Below are positions 27,401-40,200 of a DNA stretch of 64,000 nt, piece by piece. The notes under the pieces are model-generated. The model saw only the letters and a list, made by a program, of their open reading frames with translations, was not told the origin of the DNA and made no database searches. The translations under genes were made by a program, and so were the position numbers. The stretch's first letter is position 1. Each line of letters starts with the position of its first letter. This DNA is from Balanoglossus misakiensis (lineage: Eukaryota; Animalia; Hemichordata): NCBI GenBank assembly GCA_040954595.2, contig CM082579.2, positions 1,563,908-1,627,907 of the forward strand, given 5' to 3'.

Positions 27401-30400
27401 TAGTGATACTGATCACATGTTACAATTACGAGAAAAAAATTCTTCATAACATTTATAGGCAATCGAATCAAGATGATGGAAAATCATGCTTTACAGAGAG
27501 AGAGTCCATGCAATTGAAAGTCAACTTGATGCAGCGAGCACCCTTGAAATAGAGCACCTGGATTACATTTACAGGCCAAGGACACAGAAACACAATAAAT
27601 TTATTCCACTTCTCATCCAAATTCTATGTTTGTAAGGACTACAACATATGGAGAGCTTAAACAAATTCACATTGTAAAGAGTGTCTGGGTCTCAAAGAAA
27701 AGCCCACTGCCATGAAAAGATATTTGGTGGCTTTTTTGCAGCAACTGACACTAATATTCATACGACTGTGAAATGCGTGGGTGTGTCACCAGGGTATAAG
27801 CTTTCAAATATGCATTGACATGTTTGTACTCAGGAAATACTACGAAAGGGCTTTCAAAAATAGCTTGGAATATCAAGCATGCTAAATACATGTAGCTATT
27901 AGCTGTACTGTCATTGACATCAGAATTAATCAATATCATAATTTAAAATCATTGTAGAGAAATTAAAATGAATATTCAATTGTTAAACTTCCTCAAATCA
28001 TTGTTTGTTTTCTGAAAATGATGATTAGTTTCATACATCCCTCATTATGTATGTGCATATCAATGTAATTTGATGGATTTATGTACGTCATAGAAACTCT
28101 ATGCATTATGAACGATCTGAAAAATGTTATAACAAATATGTAACATGCCGTAATAGGGTACTGCATGATTTTATCTAATACCGGGCAATTAGTTTTTGGA
28201 TTTTGAAAGAATACATGGAAAATAGCAATTGATATGTAAACACATACACAAATGCACTCTAGTGATAAATGCATTTGTACTTGTAGGTAGGCTCATACCT
28301 GCAATCAAAATTACTGTTATAACTATCAGAATTTGAAGTATGCCCTTTAGTATGTCTGTTTTATATGTATGCTCTTTAGTACATGTCTGTTTTATATGAA
28401 GTGCCTGGACTGAAATGTAACATTCTGTGTTTACTCTGCAATACTCTGTGTCAATATCAGACTAATAGGTCACCTGTCACTGATTTATGTGTACACTCTG
28501 AGCCAATACATGTATTCATAGCTCTTGGCATGAGATTTTACCGTATTCTTTCTTTTTCTGTTCTGCCCTTCAGCTCAACTATCTATAGTCTATGTAGGCC
28601 ATGAGCCGAGGTCAAAGATCAATCATTGCCTATCATCATTCCGATCATCAGATGTTCATTTCCGTATCACACCAAATTGACTCATAGCATATTTTTTACA
28701 TGACACAGTGTCACTGGACGCAAAACAAGTATAAGTAAATTAAATTCCAAGCACTGGAAAATCTACAGCATGGCTACTGCCAGCGCTGGCTACCAGTCTG
28801 GTAACTGCAGCTCAATATACTTTCCTATTTTGCACTCATTTTAACTCAATCATCACCAGTACTGTACGGAAGTGGTCAATAATGATTCCCAGTAAGACAA
28901 TACAGGGCTATTGGGCCCCATCAATACAAATCTATAATTAAGAGAATAGCATTCAGAATAATACATGAAGCTGGCTTTCATTTTCACAAGCTCATTATGT
29001 AAGATACATGCCTAGCAAGAATATTGATACCAGACTAGCTATCATGCTGACCCTGACTATTTTTTACAATCATAAGCAAATGGCTGTGATTTATAATTTA
29101 ATTGGGAATACCTATCTTTAAAATGGTACCATCTGGTACTATGGTCACTAAGTTAAATAACTAAGTGTACTGGTACATAAGAGAATAAGCAGTTATTGGC
29201 AAACTATTAAATGGATGCATGCAACAAGTTTATGGAAAAATGAAAAGAAAGGAATAAGAGAGATGAAGAGACAAGGGAGGGAGAGACATAAAAGAGGGGA
29301 GGGGCAATCTCCTTTGCAATGAAAAATGTTTATTTTTCACTAAATATCTCATTCACATAGTCAAGGACCTCTAGAATGACTTCCATATTTGTTTGTCAAA
29401 CCACAATAATAACCTACTGCATTGGATGGATGGATGTTATTTTTCCCCTTTTTCAATTTCACTTTACTTTTTTTATTAACCTGATATTTATTTCAAGGTA
29501 ATTTAAATAAACCTCCTATATCTATATATTCCCTTTACAGTAATTGCAATACAGATTTGTCACTTTTGCTTTCAATACATTCAACTGACCCCCCCCCCCC
29601 CCTATTATCCATTATTCATGATTTCTTGTACACAGCTGTGAACATGCCAGCCTTCATCATTCAAAAAATATATCATCTGATAAATAATAATCTATTGATG
29701 TACATCAACATAATTTCTTTCTATTGCAAACAAAACTTAGAAAATAAAGAAGGAATCATGGCCTAGTGGTCAGGGTACAGACTCATAAATGGCAGGTTAT
29801 GGGTTCAATTCCGGGACATTGCTATAGGTTTTTTGAGGATGGTAATTTCATGGCCATAATGTTTTTCTCTGGGTGGAGTGGCTTTGTATAGGTGATTCGC
29901 ACCTGTTCAAGTCATCCTATCCTTGGTGGACATACTTTCTCTGTTTTCTATAATTACACATTTCTTTTTTTCTTATCTAGAGATCTAAGAGATGTCAAGC
30001 AACCGCATAAACTAGTTTTTTTTTTCTGACATTTGCAAAGAACTGCCAACAGAATCATGTATTGTTTTGTGTTGACACCTAAATAAATAGCTTCATTATT
30101 TACATGGCCTTCTCAGTATCATAGGGAACTCAATTTCAACTGTTGCTATGGTGATGCAGTTGTGGGGTGAAATTATGACAAAATGTTGAGAGAGTAAAAC
30201 TGAAAGCTTCTTGTTTTGATCGCACGACACACCCACGGCAAGAACCTCAGTGGGAACCGGTTCAACCGCTGACCTCTACCCGGATCCAGAGGTGTGAATT
30301 GCTTGGTTTACAAATCACATTCATATTTAAATTAGTGTGACCAGCTACTTACACTGTCTATTGTCGATTTCAACAAGCATTGCAAGCTAAATGCATGCAG

Positions 30401-30589
30401 TGAGTACATATCCACAGTTTAATATATCATTATCATTTTCAACACAACTGAATGGGAAAATAGAGAATATAAAAACCCAGAAAACAGCCTCACAATAATG
30501 ACGAGACAGTTAAAAACGTCGGACTCACCTGAACCTCCTCTGAGAATACCCCTAAAATGCCGATCGAAATAAGCCCTTACAGTATCCAT
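10068..30589 (-). CDS. ATP8A: P4-type ATPase phospholipid flippase, ATP8A1/ATP8A2 co-orthologue (about 36 coding exons)
   Basis: Exon 1 30589-30529 ([20 protein letters not shown]). Conserved motifs in phase-compatible GT-AG exons: STAKYN (~27078), [12 protein letters not shown] (~25100), YNNLIPISL (TM4, ~23850), DKTGTLT phosphorylation site (~23580), [53 protein letters not shown] (10356-10313). Last exon 10121-10068 encodes [17 protein letters not shown]-stop. Confidence 0.96.
10163..10220. repeat. Compound microsatellite (AAAC)n + (TGAA)n in the last ATP8A intron
   Basis: Seen directly. Confidence 0.9.
12053..12085 (-). CDS. ATP8A: Candidate 33-nt cassette exon in the ATP8A C-terminal tail (adds [11 protein letters not shown])
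   Basis: ccatctacctttag|TTTAAATC...AGTACACG|gtatgt; frame-preserving and stop-free in the phase-2 intron between exons 13079-12978 and 10923-10838. Confidence 0.5.
17633..17707 (-). CDS. ATP8A: ATP8A TM5-TM6 exon, duplicated variant B ([25 protein letters not shown])
   Basis: 75 nt, ttttgtctccttag| ... GTG|gtaagc, phase 0-0, stop-free, aligns without gaps to variant A. Confidence 0.85.
18046..18120 (-). CDS. ATP8A: ATP8A TM5-TM6 exon, variant A ([25 protein letters not shown])
   Basis: 75 nt, ccattttag| ... GTG|gtaagt, phase 0-0; resembles the ATP8A-family WF..VNGFSGQILFERW.IGLYNV segment. Confidence 0.92.
21440..21476. repeat. (CAGA)n microsatellite, intronic
   Basis: Seen directly; source of the SVCLSVCL pseudo-ORFs. 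Confidence 0.9.
23170..23209. repeat. (TCCG/TCTG)n-(CT)n compound microsatellite, intronic
   Basis: Seen directly. Confidence 0.85.
29752..29950 (+). mobile_element. tRNA-derived SINE head or decayed tRNA pseudogene in ATP8A intron 1 (antisense to host)
   Basis: A-box TGGCCTAGTGG 29759-29769, B-box GGTTCAATTCC 29802-29812 at tRNA spacing, with an anticodon-loop-like CTCATAA. Acceptor and anticodon stems do not pair. 3' boundary approximate. Confidence 0.6.
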
Positions 30590-33500
30590 ACTGGTAATAT
30601 TAATATACTGGTTTCACTAATTCGCAATTCCAGTCTTGTGTGCAACACAGCCGCATCGTTTGTCACATAAAGTTTACCATTATCAGTTAATTTTTAACAC
30701 AGTTGTTAGACGTCCATACGGCAGACCATGAGTAACTGTCACGTCCGTCTGCTAGAATATATATATAATCTACTGAATATTTATGAGGTTGACAGAGATG
30801 GCGCTATTCATCTAAGTGCAGTGGTGCCCTGATGAGGCGACTAGTTTCATGTGTTTAATTAAAAGATTAATTACACGCAAAAGATACAATCCATCTTATT
30901 TCACAACAACACTACAAATCCACAAGTTACACTGAGATAGAAAAAAAACACGATTCATCTTTATTACCGTAATCAATTCTATTTGTTCACACAGAGAAAA
31001 TAAATCCACTTGAACACTTAGCTAGCAAATAGAACAGTTTCCTTCGATCAATTCAGCGATCAGGAAGACTGTTCAACAATCAACATCTTCCTTGTATTTC
31101 AGATTCAGATAATTGTAATGATAAAGTCACCCATAGTAATGGAAAAAGCATTATGTTACTGTATGACAGTAGCTATATTATTTACACCAAACTTATTCCA
31201 AGATTCCTGATGTCATGCAAAATTCTTGATTCCCTCAAGGACCAGTGATAGGTAACAGAACAGGCCACTTCTATGACCCTGATGTATGCTTGCAGACCAA
31301 CAAAACACCAGGATTGTACTATATAAAGATCGGTCAGGGGTAATGAAAGTGACTTATTTTGACATTTCTGTTGAACACACCCCTGATTTTGGTGGTTTCC
31401 TTGACAAATGCATCTGCTGTTCCTGACCCAAAGAATGGGTCTAATAGCATCTCAAATCCACCCCCCCCCCCCAATATGAATGAATATTCTGACATTACTA
31501 TTAGGAGTTGCAAGCTTTGCTCTGAAAAATCCCTCAGCTGAGGTCCCTGAAATTCAAGTGCCATATTCATATCGAGAAACTCTACAAAACATGCAGGGGA
31601 ATTGTTAAGGAAATTCGATTTAATACAAAGTCTCTACTGCCAGAGTGTAGCAATTTCCTGGACTCACCCCTATTTTATCAGATTGAATAATTTTAATTCT
31701 ATTACTGACTTATCTGATGAATGTCTTGTCAATAAACAAAAGCCATTTTCCTTTGCGTAAATCAAAGTGGATATTTTTCTTTCAATTTGACAACAATGTA
31801 AATAATTGTCACAAAAGATTTCATTGGATTGTGAAGACAGGAAGTTTATTCCTTGCATTGTGGGTAATGACCCGGTCATAGTTCAAGGTGGGTCAAGATA
31901 TAGGTAATTTACATGTCAAGTCAAGGCTGTCCTATTTCACTTTATTATAATGGCTGTGGTCTACATGCAAGGTCACTTCTCATTGGTTGAAAAGCATGGA
32001 TCATCCCGCTATCCTGTTTTGATTACCAATCAGGACCACTTTGTCTGTCCAATAATTAACAGTCAAAATGATCTCTGGGTTGGCAGTAATTGTCACAGAT
32101 AAAATTCATAAAAATTGGCACGACTGCAGAGGATAGCGAGAGATACAGGTTATCATGTATACAGCTTCCCAATGTGGAACACCGGTTGCAGAGACATTCC
32201 AAATAAATTAGACGAATGGTAAATTTCCGAGTTGAAGCCAGCAGAAGCCATAGCAAAATACAGCTGCAAAACAGAGAAGAATCATCGTACAACATCTAAG
32301 CCAAAGACATACATGCATGTCAAAAAACAAAAACAAAACAGCTCTATTAAGAATTTCATTTCATTGTGTATTAAATATCTCCAAAAATTTGCGTACAAAA
32401 TCAAATCTACAGCTGAGACATAGTTGAAAACTTGAACATTTTTCTTGATGACGCCTAACAAAAAAAGCAAACAACAGCATAGATTTGAAAAATGTACATT
32501 CACTGAATTGCAAGGTCCGAGTACCTCCCACAGTGCATAGTGACTATATACAAATACATGTATTGGTTTATCTCCCAAATTTCTTCAAATCACACCTCAA
32601 AGTATTAATTTCATCAGTTGTGTCTATTACACAAGGAATTTCTGGAAATTTACATGTACTGAAGCGAACATGAAAAATACAAAGCAAAAAATAAACAACA
32701 ACAACCAACAAAGCGAAGAAATATCTCTGAATGGATCTCTAATCTGTCTACTAGAATTATATCTGGCAAAATATTCTTATTTACATCCTGGTTGAATACA
32801 ATGATGCATGAGCCATGCACCTAGGCAGTGATTGGTTTGAACTGTTGCTATGGATACTTCCGTGGCATTGTTGGAGTGCCTTCTCTGCTGTAGGGAGTCT
32901 CTGGGAATCGGGAATAATAGAGAGAGAAGGGTGGTCGTTAGTCGTGTGACAAAGATTCGATTCTTTCAGTGATAGTAAATCGAGATGGTGAATATGCATA
33001 TACTGGAGTAACATGAATGGGCAATATCACACCATTTTCTAATACTAGGATGAGTTGATTTTACTAGCCAGTACAATGTAAAGGTCTTGTCTGACAGAAT
33101 GCATTGCACTCATTTTATGCTGCACTGATTAGGAAGGGCTATTAACCTAAAAAATTATATAACATTGTACAAGTAAAATCCAATCATCGATGAAAATGAC
33201 AAAACAAACCTCAGCACACTCTAACAAATACCTCCACAGGTAAGTAAGAGCCACATAGGTACAAAACAAGATAACGTTTAGCTTGTGATCAAATACAGTT
33301 ACAATGTACAAAAGCAGTGGGTTTATAACACTGAACACAACCATGCTAAGGAATTGGAAATGATGATTTTGAGGAACAATGCTTGCAACTGTTTTCTAGC
33401 TACTCTCAGGTAATAGAAATATAATGACAATCAGGCAACTTGAAAACTGCCTCTATCAACATGTCAAACCGTTTAATATGTATGAAGTGAAAAAAGTGAT

Positions 33501-34261
33501 GTTACAGAAATGGATAAGCAGGTGGTGCAGTTTAATAAAGACTTATTACAAGTTATTCTAGTCTAGGCTAAGCTAAGCTGTGAGGTGGTGGCTTATTGCA
33601 AATTAGGTGATGCACATTTCTTTCTTTTATTTACCTGTATAAGACTGGTGTTGGAATGATTGCAGAGGAGGAGGTAGTTGATGGTGTGGAGGACTGCTAT
33701 GCATAGAAGTGTACAAAGCACCTGAAAATACAGCGGACATAAGATCAGCTGTAACTTTCCAACTCTCTCTCTCTCCAATCAAGGCGTTTTACCAATCGAT
33801 GGATTTATGGTGCAAGATTTCATTTAGTTTTCAATTATAATGTCTTAGAGGTAAGCATGAATGCCAATTAAAGAGCTTAATAAATTACCATTAACTTTAA
33901 GTTTAAACTGATTTACTGCAATTACTTTTGTCTGTAAAGTTTTCTATTTAAAAACTGTAATTACACAATGTTGTTAGTATATTTAAAGAGACAATGTCAT
34001 CCACTTTTGACATTATTTTGCTTAATTCATTTTTTATGAAACCTACTCATTCACTGAGTGTTACATCTAAAGAGTGTCAAGAGTGGACAATGTTGCCTCT
34101 TTAAACATGATTCATGAGCTCCTGAATGAGTGACAACAATTAACACCATGACAACATTGCAAATGAATGAATTGTGCATTAATTTTCACTGTTGCAATTT
34201 TGCCAAATGATACATTTCTTTAAAAACAAATGATTTGGCATCTCATGACCTATCATGTGCT

Positions 34262-37200
34262 TCAAGCTGAACTGTATCTGGTTGACAACATACCTGGTCC
34301 ATGTAAGTGGCTGTAGGTGCCTGGTGCTGGCCCAGTAATGATGGCGTCTCTTGACAGGGGATGATGTTTGGGTAAGGGGGAATCTCTTGACAGATCTACC
34401 AGGGTTATACTCTGATACCCGGCCATGTTTGGATTCGTCACATTGTTTGAGCCTCCCAGTAATCCGCTGTTGTTGGACACGCTTCGCATTCCCTGCGCTG
34501 TTGTTGTCGTGGCGATGATTGGACCCTGAGTTACCACTGACGACGTTTGCAACAAGCGAGGTGACACGTTCCTGGTTAACAGAGATTCCCCGTAGCCGCT
34601 CGATGAAGTTGGCAGCTGAGACGTCATCTGTGATGACATGATCTTGGTCATTGGAGGCATACTGCTTGTCTTGGTGCTTTTCACTGGTTTACTGCTGTAC
34701 ACGGTTGTTGGAGTGTTCATAACATTGCTGCTGTACAAGGCCGAGGTGGAAATGGGCGATTTGGAAACGTAACCTTGAAACACAACAGGTTTTCCACTGT
34801 TACTGTTTGATTTGTCAGTCATTGTACTGTACAGACTTCGGAGTTCCTGAGATGAAGATGGCGAGGTTCTGTGTGCAGCAGCAGGCTTGCTATTGGCTGC
34901 GCTTGTTTTCTGCTCGTCGTTCTTCATGGGCGACGATCGACTCACACTTTGGCTGAACGACGCCAGTATTGCCGTGGCAGAGTTACCCTGAAGTTCGTTC
35001 TGCGTGACAACAGGGGGTCTCATTAAGCTGTGACTCGAAGTCATAGTATGCGCCTGCTTGGAGGTTGCAAGCGCCGTGGACGAACTTGAAACCAGTCTCG
35101 TGGAAGTCGTTGTAAATATTGTTCGGTTCGCTTGGGTTGCGGGCAATGTCAGGTTTGTTGGGACGTGGATGGGAGCATTGCTCTTACTGGTGCCTGTGAT
35201 TTGCGCGTTTGTTGAAGCCTTGGAAGGTGGCATCTGCTCAACATTGGACTTCAGCAGCAGGGACGAGGAAACTTGCAGGTCAACTGGTGAAGCAATTAAC
35301 TTCTGCTTTTTGACACTTGGCTCAAGCGTGCTGGGTTTGCTTTGAACCAATTTGGGAGGAACTTTACTCTCATAATTTAAAACTGAAGCTTTAGTTTGAT
35401 AAGACATGCCCTTGTCCATGCTCTGTAACATTGACACTGGGAGGGGAGAGACCCGAACTTGAGGGCTCATACTCTTATGAAGGTTCAGGGCTTTCTGAGG
35501 CTCATCAATCTTGCTTGTGTTTCCAATTCCTTTCCAGGCATTCACGTTGAGTTCCTTTTTACCAGACAGGTTAAGAGCAAGAGAACTAGAAGTTGACATA
35601 ATGGTCGTGACAGGAGCAGAAGCAGGGGAGGTGTTGCTACTGGTAAATGTAGAGCCACTGGACGTGCCACTACCGCCACCAACCACAGCGGAAGTCTTAG
35701 CGCTCTCTGCAATGCTCTTCTCGCGTTTCAAGAGTTCCTTCTTCAGCATGGCCGAGACACTCGACATTGGAAACGAGGCGGCCGCCAGTTTTTCCTTCCT
35801 CATCAGCTCGCTTTTCAGAATTGCCGAAATGCTGCTGGCCGACGTTGCCGTTGTAATGGGCAATTGTTTCTCCTTCTCTTTCTTGATTTGGCAGAGTTCG
35901 TCACTTTCCTGGGATTCTTCTGTTGTGCAGATGGAGGGTGTTTTCTCAGCATAGTCCAGCAAGGTGAGCACATTGTTCTCTGCCGGAGCATTGACGTTGC
36001 TCTCACCTACGTTACTATCCCCTGTCACCTTTTTCACTGTTGCCTGCTTCTTCACCGTGGTAGGGGTTGTGCTTTGTGTTACGCTTACAAACTTCTTCTG
36101 CTTGTTGGGTGCTAGAGTCAAATGCCCATGCATAGAACGGCTTTCCTTAAACAGCATCCTAACAAAAACAGAAATCATATTCAGAAAACAAGCACGACAC
36201 ATTCCAATTTTTTTTCTAAAAAGAATCGAAACTCTCTACTCTCAAAGACAAAGTATTGCACAGAAGTTGTTGTGGACCATTATCTGCTCACCTTGTCTGC
36301 ATCCATCCCTGAGGCCACAGTTGTTTGACTTCAGCATCTAGAAACTGTTTGAGGTAGTCTTCTGCTGACTGCGATCGTGTCTTGGACATCTCGTACGTCT
36401 TCACTTTGACAGCCACCACATCACACAACAACTTCCTGTCACAAAATTTAACATGTAAATGTTATTTTTCTATCCCATAATTACCTATATCTTCGCTCTA
36501 AAGCTATTGGCAGGGCAAACTTCCAGTACACGTTGCCAAGGCTACAAATGTCACTAAAGGTACAGATACAGTCACCTATGCATATGTAACCATGGTTACC
36601 ATGGAAAGTAAGGATTTAGTCAATCACAGATTATCACAGGGTGTGCCCTGACCCCATGTCATTCACAATTCACAATTCAAAGGATTAACCTAAAACATTT
36701 GCAGTTTCAATCAGGGAAACAGCTTGATTGTCTCTTCAACAAAATTCACCTGATTTCATCGGTCCACTGGAATTTCTTCCTGGGTGCCATGTTTCTCCTC
36801 GTCTTCTCATCCTCCTCATCATCACTTGTCGCTTTCATGGAATCGCCGTCTTTGCTCTTATCATCCATCATTCTGAAAGATAAATTTTCAGAGTAGCTGG
36901 CACATTACACACTCAATCAGTTGTGAGGAAGGACCTTTCATTCATGATCCCCAAACGCAGGCTCATATGTACATGATCATATTTTTGGCTGCAAGAAATT
37001 GTTCATGGACTTATGGACACAAAGTAAGATGCTTCCTGACAGTTCCCCATCAGTCAGCTGCAGTCAGAAGAAGGCACACAAGTGCAAACATTATTAAAAA
37101 GACAGTAAGCTCCAACAACCACGCCTTGGTGACTCTCCAGTATGCAAACAATGCTGATGTAAAATGTTACCTATCGTACTTGGTTTGAGCAGCTTGTTGG

Positions 37201-40200
37201 CACTCTTCCTGATATCTGTCCAGTTGTTGCGGCATGATTCGACCAATGGCTGTGAAGGACAAGGCAAAGAATTATTGACACATCAAGCTACTTTGAACCT
37301 CTGAAAACATGTACATTGTGTACTGAATAGTTAACACATGCCTGTGTAGATACGATCACTTTTATCAGCTTTGATTTGGGAAGGGCCTGTGTCAAGGGCA
37401 GACACCTGAAAAAATCCCAGGGAAGGGAAAATTTACTCTCATACCTTCTTTAAGTTTCTGCATGGGTTCCTTGAGACGGCTATCTTGTTCGTTGAGTCGC
37501 AACTTCTTCGCTCTCTTCAGCAGGGTTTCTTTCGAACACGGCAGATGCGATGCCAGGTGTCCGTAGATGGAAGACCGAACACCGCACGACAACTCCCGAG
37601 ATTGCCTTTCAACACTGTGAAGTAATCAAGACACAATGATGTCACGTTTGTCAACATTAAAATGGTATTTTTTTCGACGATGATTGTACAACATTCTTTT
37701 GTGCCACTTCAATCCAACAACACCGGATCAATGTAATGATAACTACATCTACATACAATGTTTCACTGAAGAAAAGTTTAAGCATACTTACTACAACAAA
37801 GTCTTGTTGATGTCAGCCGTGAAAAATTTGCATTTACCATCTGCTGACATGGCAGCCTGCAAAGAAGAGGGAGAACAACAGAAATTTTGTTCATTTGTGA
37901 ACAAGATGGACATAAAAGACTACCCCTTATGAATATAGTAGAAATTTCAGACTACCAATGAGCATACACTTACTGCTTTCAATTTATCAATATTCTTGGC
38001 CAGGTCAGGTTCAATGTTGGTGGGGAGTTTTGGAACAGCATCTGACACTTCACTGTTGGTGTTCCCTTCACTGTCACTACCCCCTGTGGTATTTGGCTCT
38101 GACGTGTTGGCAACAGCGAATGCTTCATGCACCACAGCATTGATGCTATCCAGAATGTTTTTAGTCATGTTGTCACTGAACTCTTGCTCCCCGTCGCTAC
38201 CTTGAGGTTTCACAGATGCTGGTTTTTGCCTCTGTAGCAACTCTGCTACAGTTGGTGTGGACTTCTTCACTTTGGCCCTGGACAAATAATAAGACAAAAG
38301 GTTTAAAGTTTGGATTTTTACCAGTTCGTCTGCTCATACACACCATCATATGATCACTTTTCACGTACCCATTTTTCTGCATCTGTTTCCGTGGTTTTTT
38401 GAAAGGCGAGGAAGAGTCTTTAAGTTTCTTTTTCTTTTCCTTTTCCATGCCATCCAGTGATTTTCTCTTTTTCTGCAAATGATAACAGTGTTCAGTGTCC
38501 AGAACCTGATACTACACAGGATGAAATTCAACACTTCAATTTAAAAGGGGGGTTAAATCTATTCAGTGAGGCAATTGGAAAGACTAGTACAGTGAAAACT
38601 TACCTTGAACGCTCTCTTTTTCTTATTTGGATCTTGGAAGTCTGTGTCACTGTCATCTGAGCTAGATACTGGTCGGAATTCTAGATCACCTGAGTTGATG
38701 TAAAATCCACCCAATTGAGTGGTGAGTTCAGCAGGCACTAGTTCATCGTACTGGAAGGTTAGCAAGGGAAAGAAAACGTTCAAATTTAAGTGACATAAGA
38801 ACAGACAGACAGCCATGTTCATAACACAACAAAAGATGCAAGCATGCATAGAGATACTGACAAGACAGTGTTACCAAACTGATTAAAACTTACGGCTTGG
38901 GAATTGTCTACGAATGGATCAGTTTCATCATATCCCCAGGAGGCGTCAATCAAATCTTCAATTCTATCTCTTTTCCTCTTCTTCCCCGGCTTGGGACCCT
39001 GATAAGAAAGCAGATCATTTCAAGATACTTTTTAACACAAATGTATGATCAACAAAATTTGAGTCAGTGGATTTCGAACTATAGATAATATTCTGAAATC
39101 AGCATGATTGAATATTTCATGTTTTACATGCACATGATAAACAATTAATTCAGATATTACTAATCCTCCAGAAATTCTACAAGGGAGTACCGTTTCCATG
39201 GTGATATTGGATAAAGCATGGATAAAGACACGTAATTTCACACATTCCAATGACATATTTACACCAGCTAATGAGTATGAAAATGATCATTTTCAGTGCA
39301 TAAATTTCAGGGAATAAATGCATTCTGAATGACAAGATTATATTTTTTATTTTGGATTTCGGAAATGAGGTAAAATTATCATGATCCTTGTCATCTACAT
39401 AAAACACTCAGAAATACACTTTTTGACTAAATATTGAATTACATGTGTCATCTTTACACTTGGGAAGAACGGCAGATTATAATCTCCATTCCCCTGACAC
39501 TGGCCCTTCAGTGCACATACTTAATGCCATTTTTTGATTGGTACATAATATGACTGATATAGATGGAATACCAGATCATTTTTCTGCTTCATCAATATCG
39601 GTTCTCTTCTAGGCCTGTTTATTGTTGTCTCCTTATTTGCAAGGACTGCCAGAGGGAAAATGTACAGCACTACCTACTGAATTTAAAAGGCAGACTGAGA
39701 CTCCCCCAAAGCATGATGAAATGCCCAGAATGACGCTTGTGCAGACATATTGTGTACCAATTTTATATGTGCTATTACATGTAACAATAGAATGAGTCTA
39801 GAAAAAATTGCTCCTAGGGAGTGACATATTTTCCTGGGTAATATGATGATTTCAGTTCCACAATCCTTTTGTTTGAGATTGAAACTGTATCTTCAGTAAT
39901 AAATTTGGTTGCAAGTCTTTGACATCATAGGTGTTAATTGAGTAAGTTGCCAGTGGCCAATATTCTCATTTGGAGCAAATATTCAAAACAAACAGTACAG
40001 AGCCAGGTAACTTACATATTTGGCCTCAAATCTTTTAGCAATTTCTTGAAGGCCATTAACATCATCTTCATCAACATCGTTGAATGGATTTGAAGTGTTG
40101 GGCACTACTGATTTTTCACTCTTGGACTTTATCTTTATCTTGTCACCCTGGAAGACACAATGTAAATAAACAATACGTAAATGTAAAATGTAAATAACAT

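Noticed and set aside
28570-28640. Intronic C/D-box snoRNA on the - strand (ATGATGA...CTGA)
   Set aside because: No terminal stem and no convincing rRNA-complementary guide recognisable.
29752-29825. Functional tRNA-Met(CAT) gene
   Set aside because: A and B boxes are present, but acceptor and anticodon stems do not pair and there is no adjacent oligo-T terminator; treated as SINE head or pseudogene.
35058-36341. Long + strand ORFs (95-147 aa)
   Set aside because: Antisense shadows of the UBN last exon.
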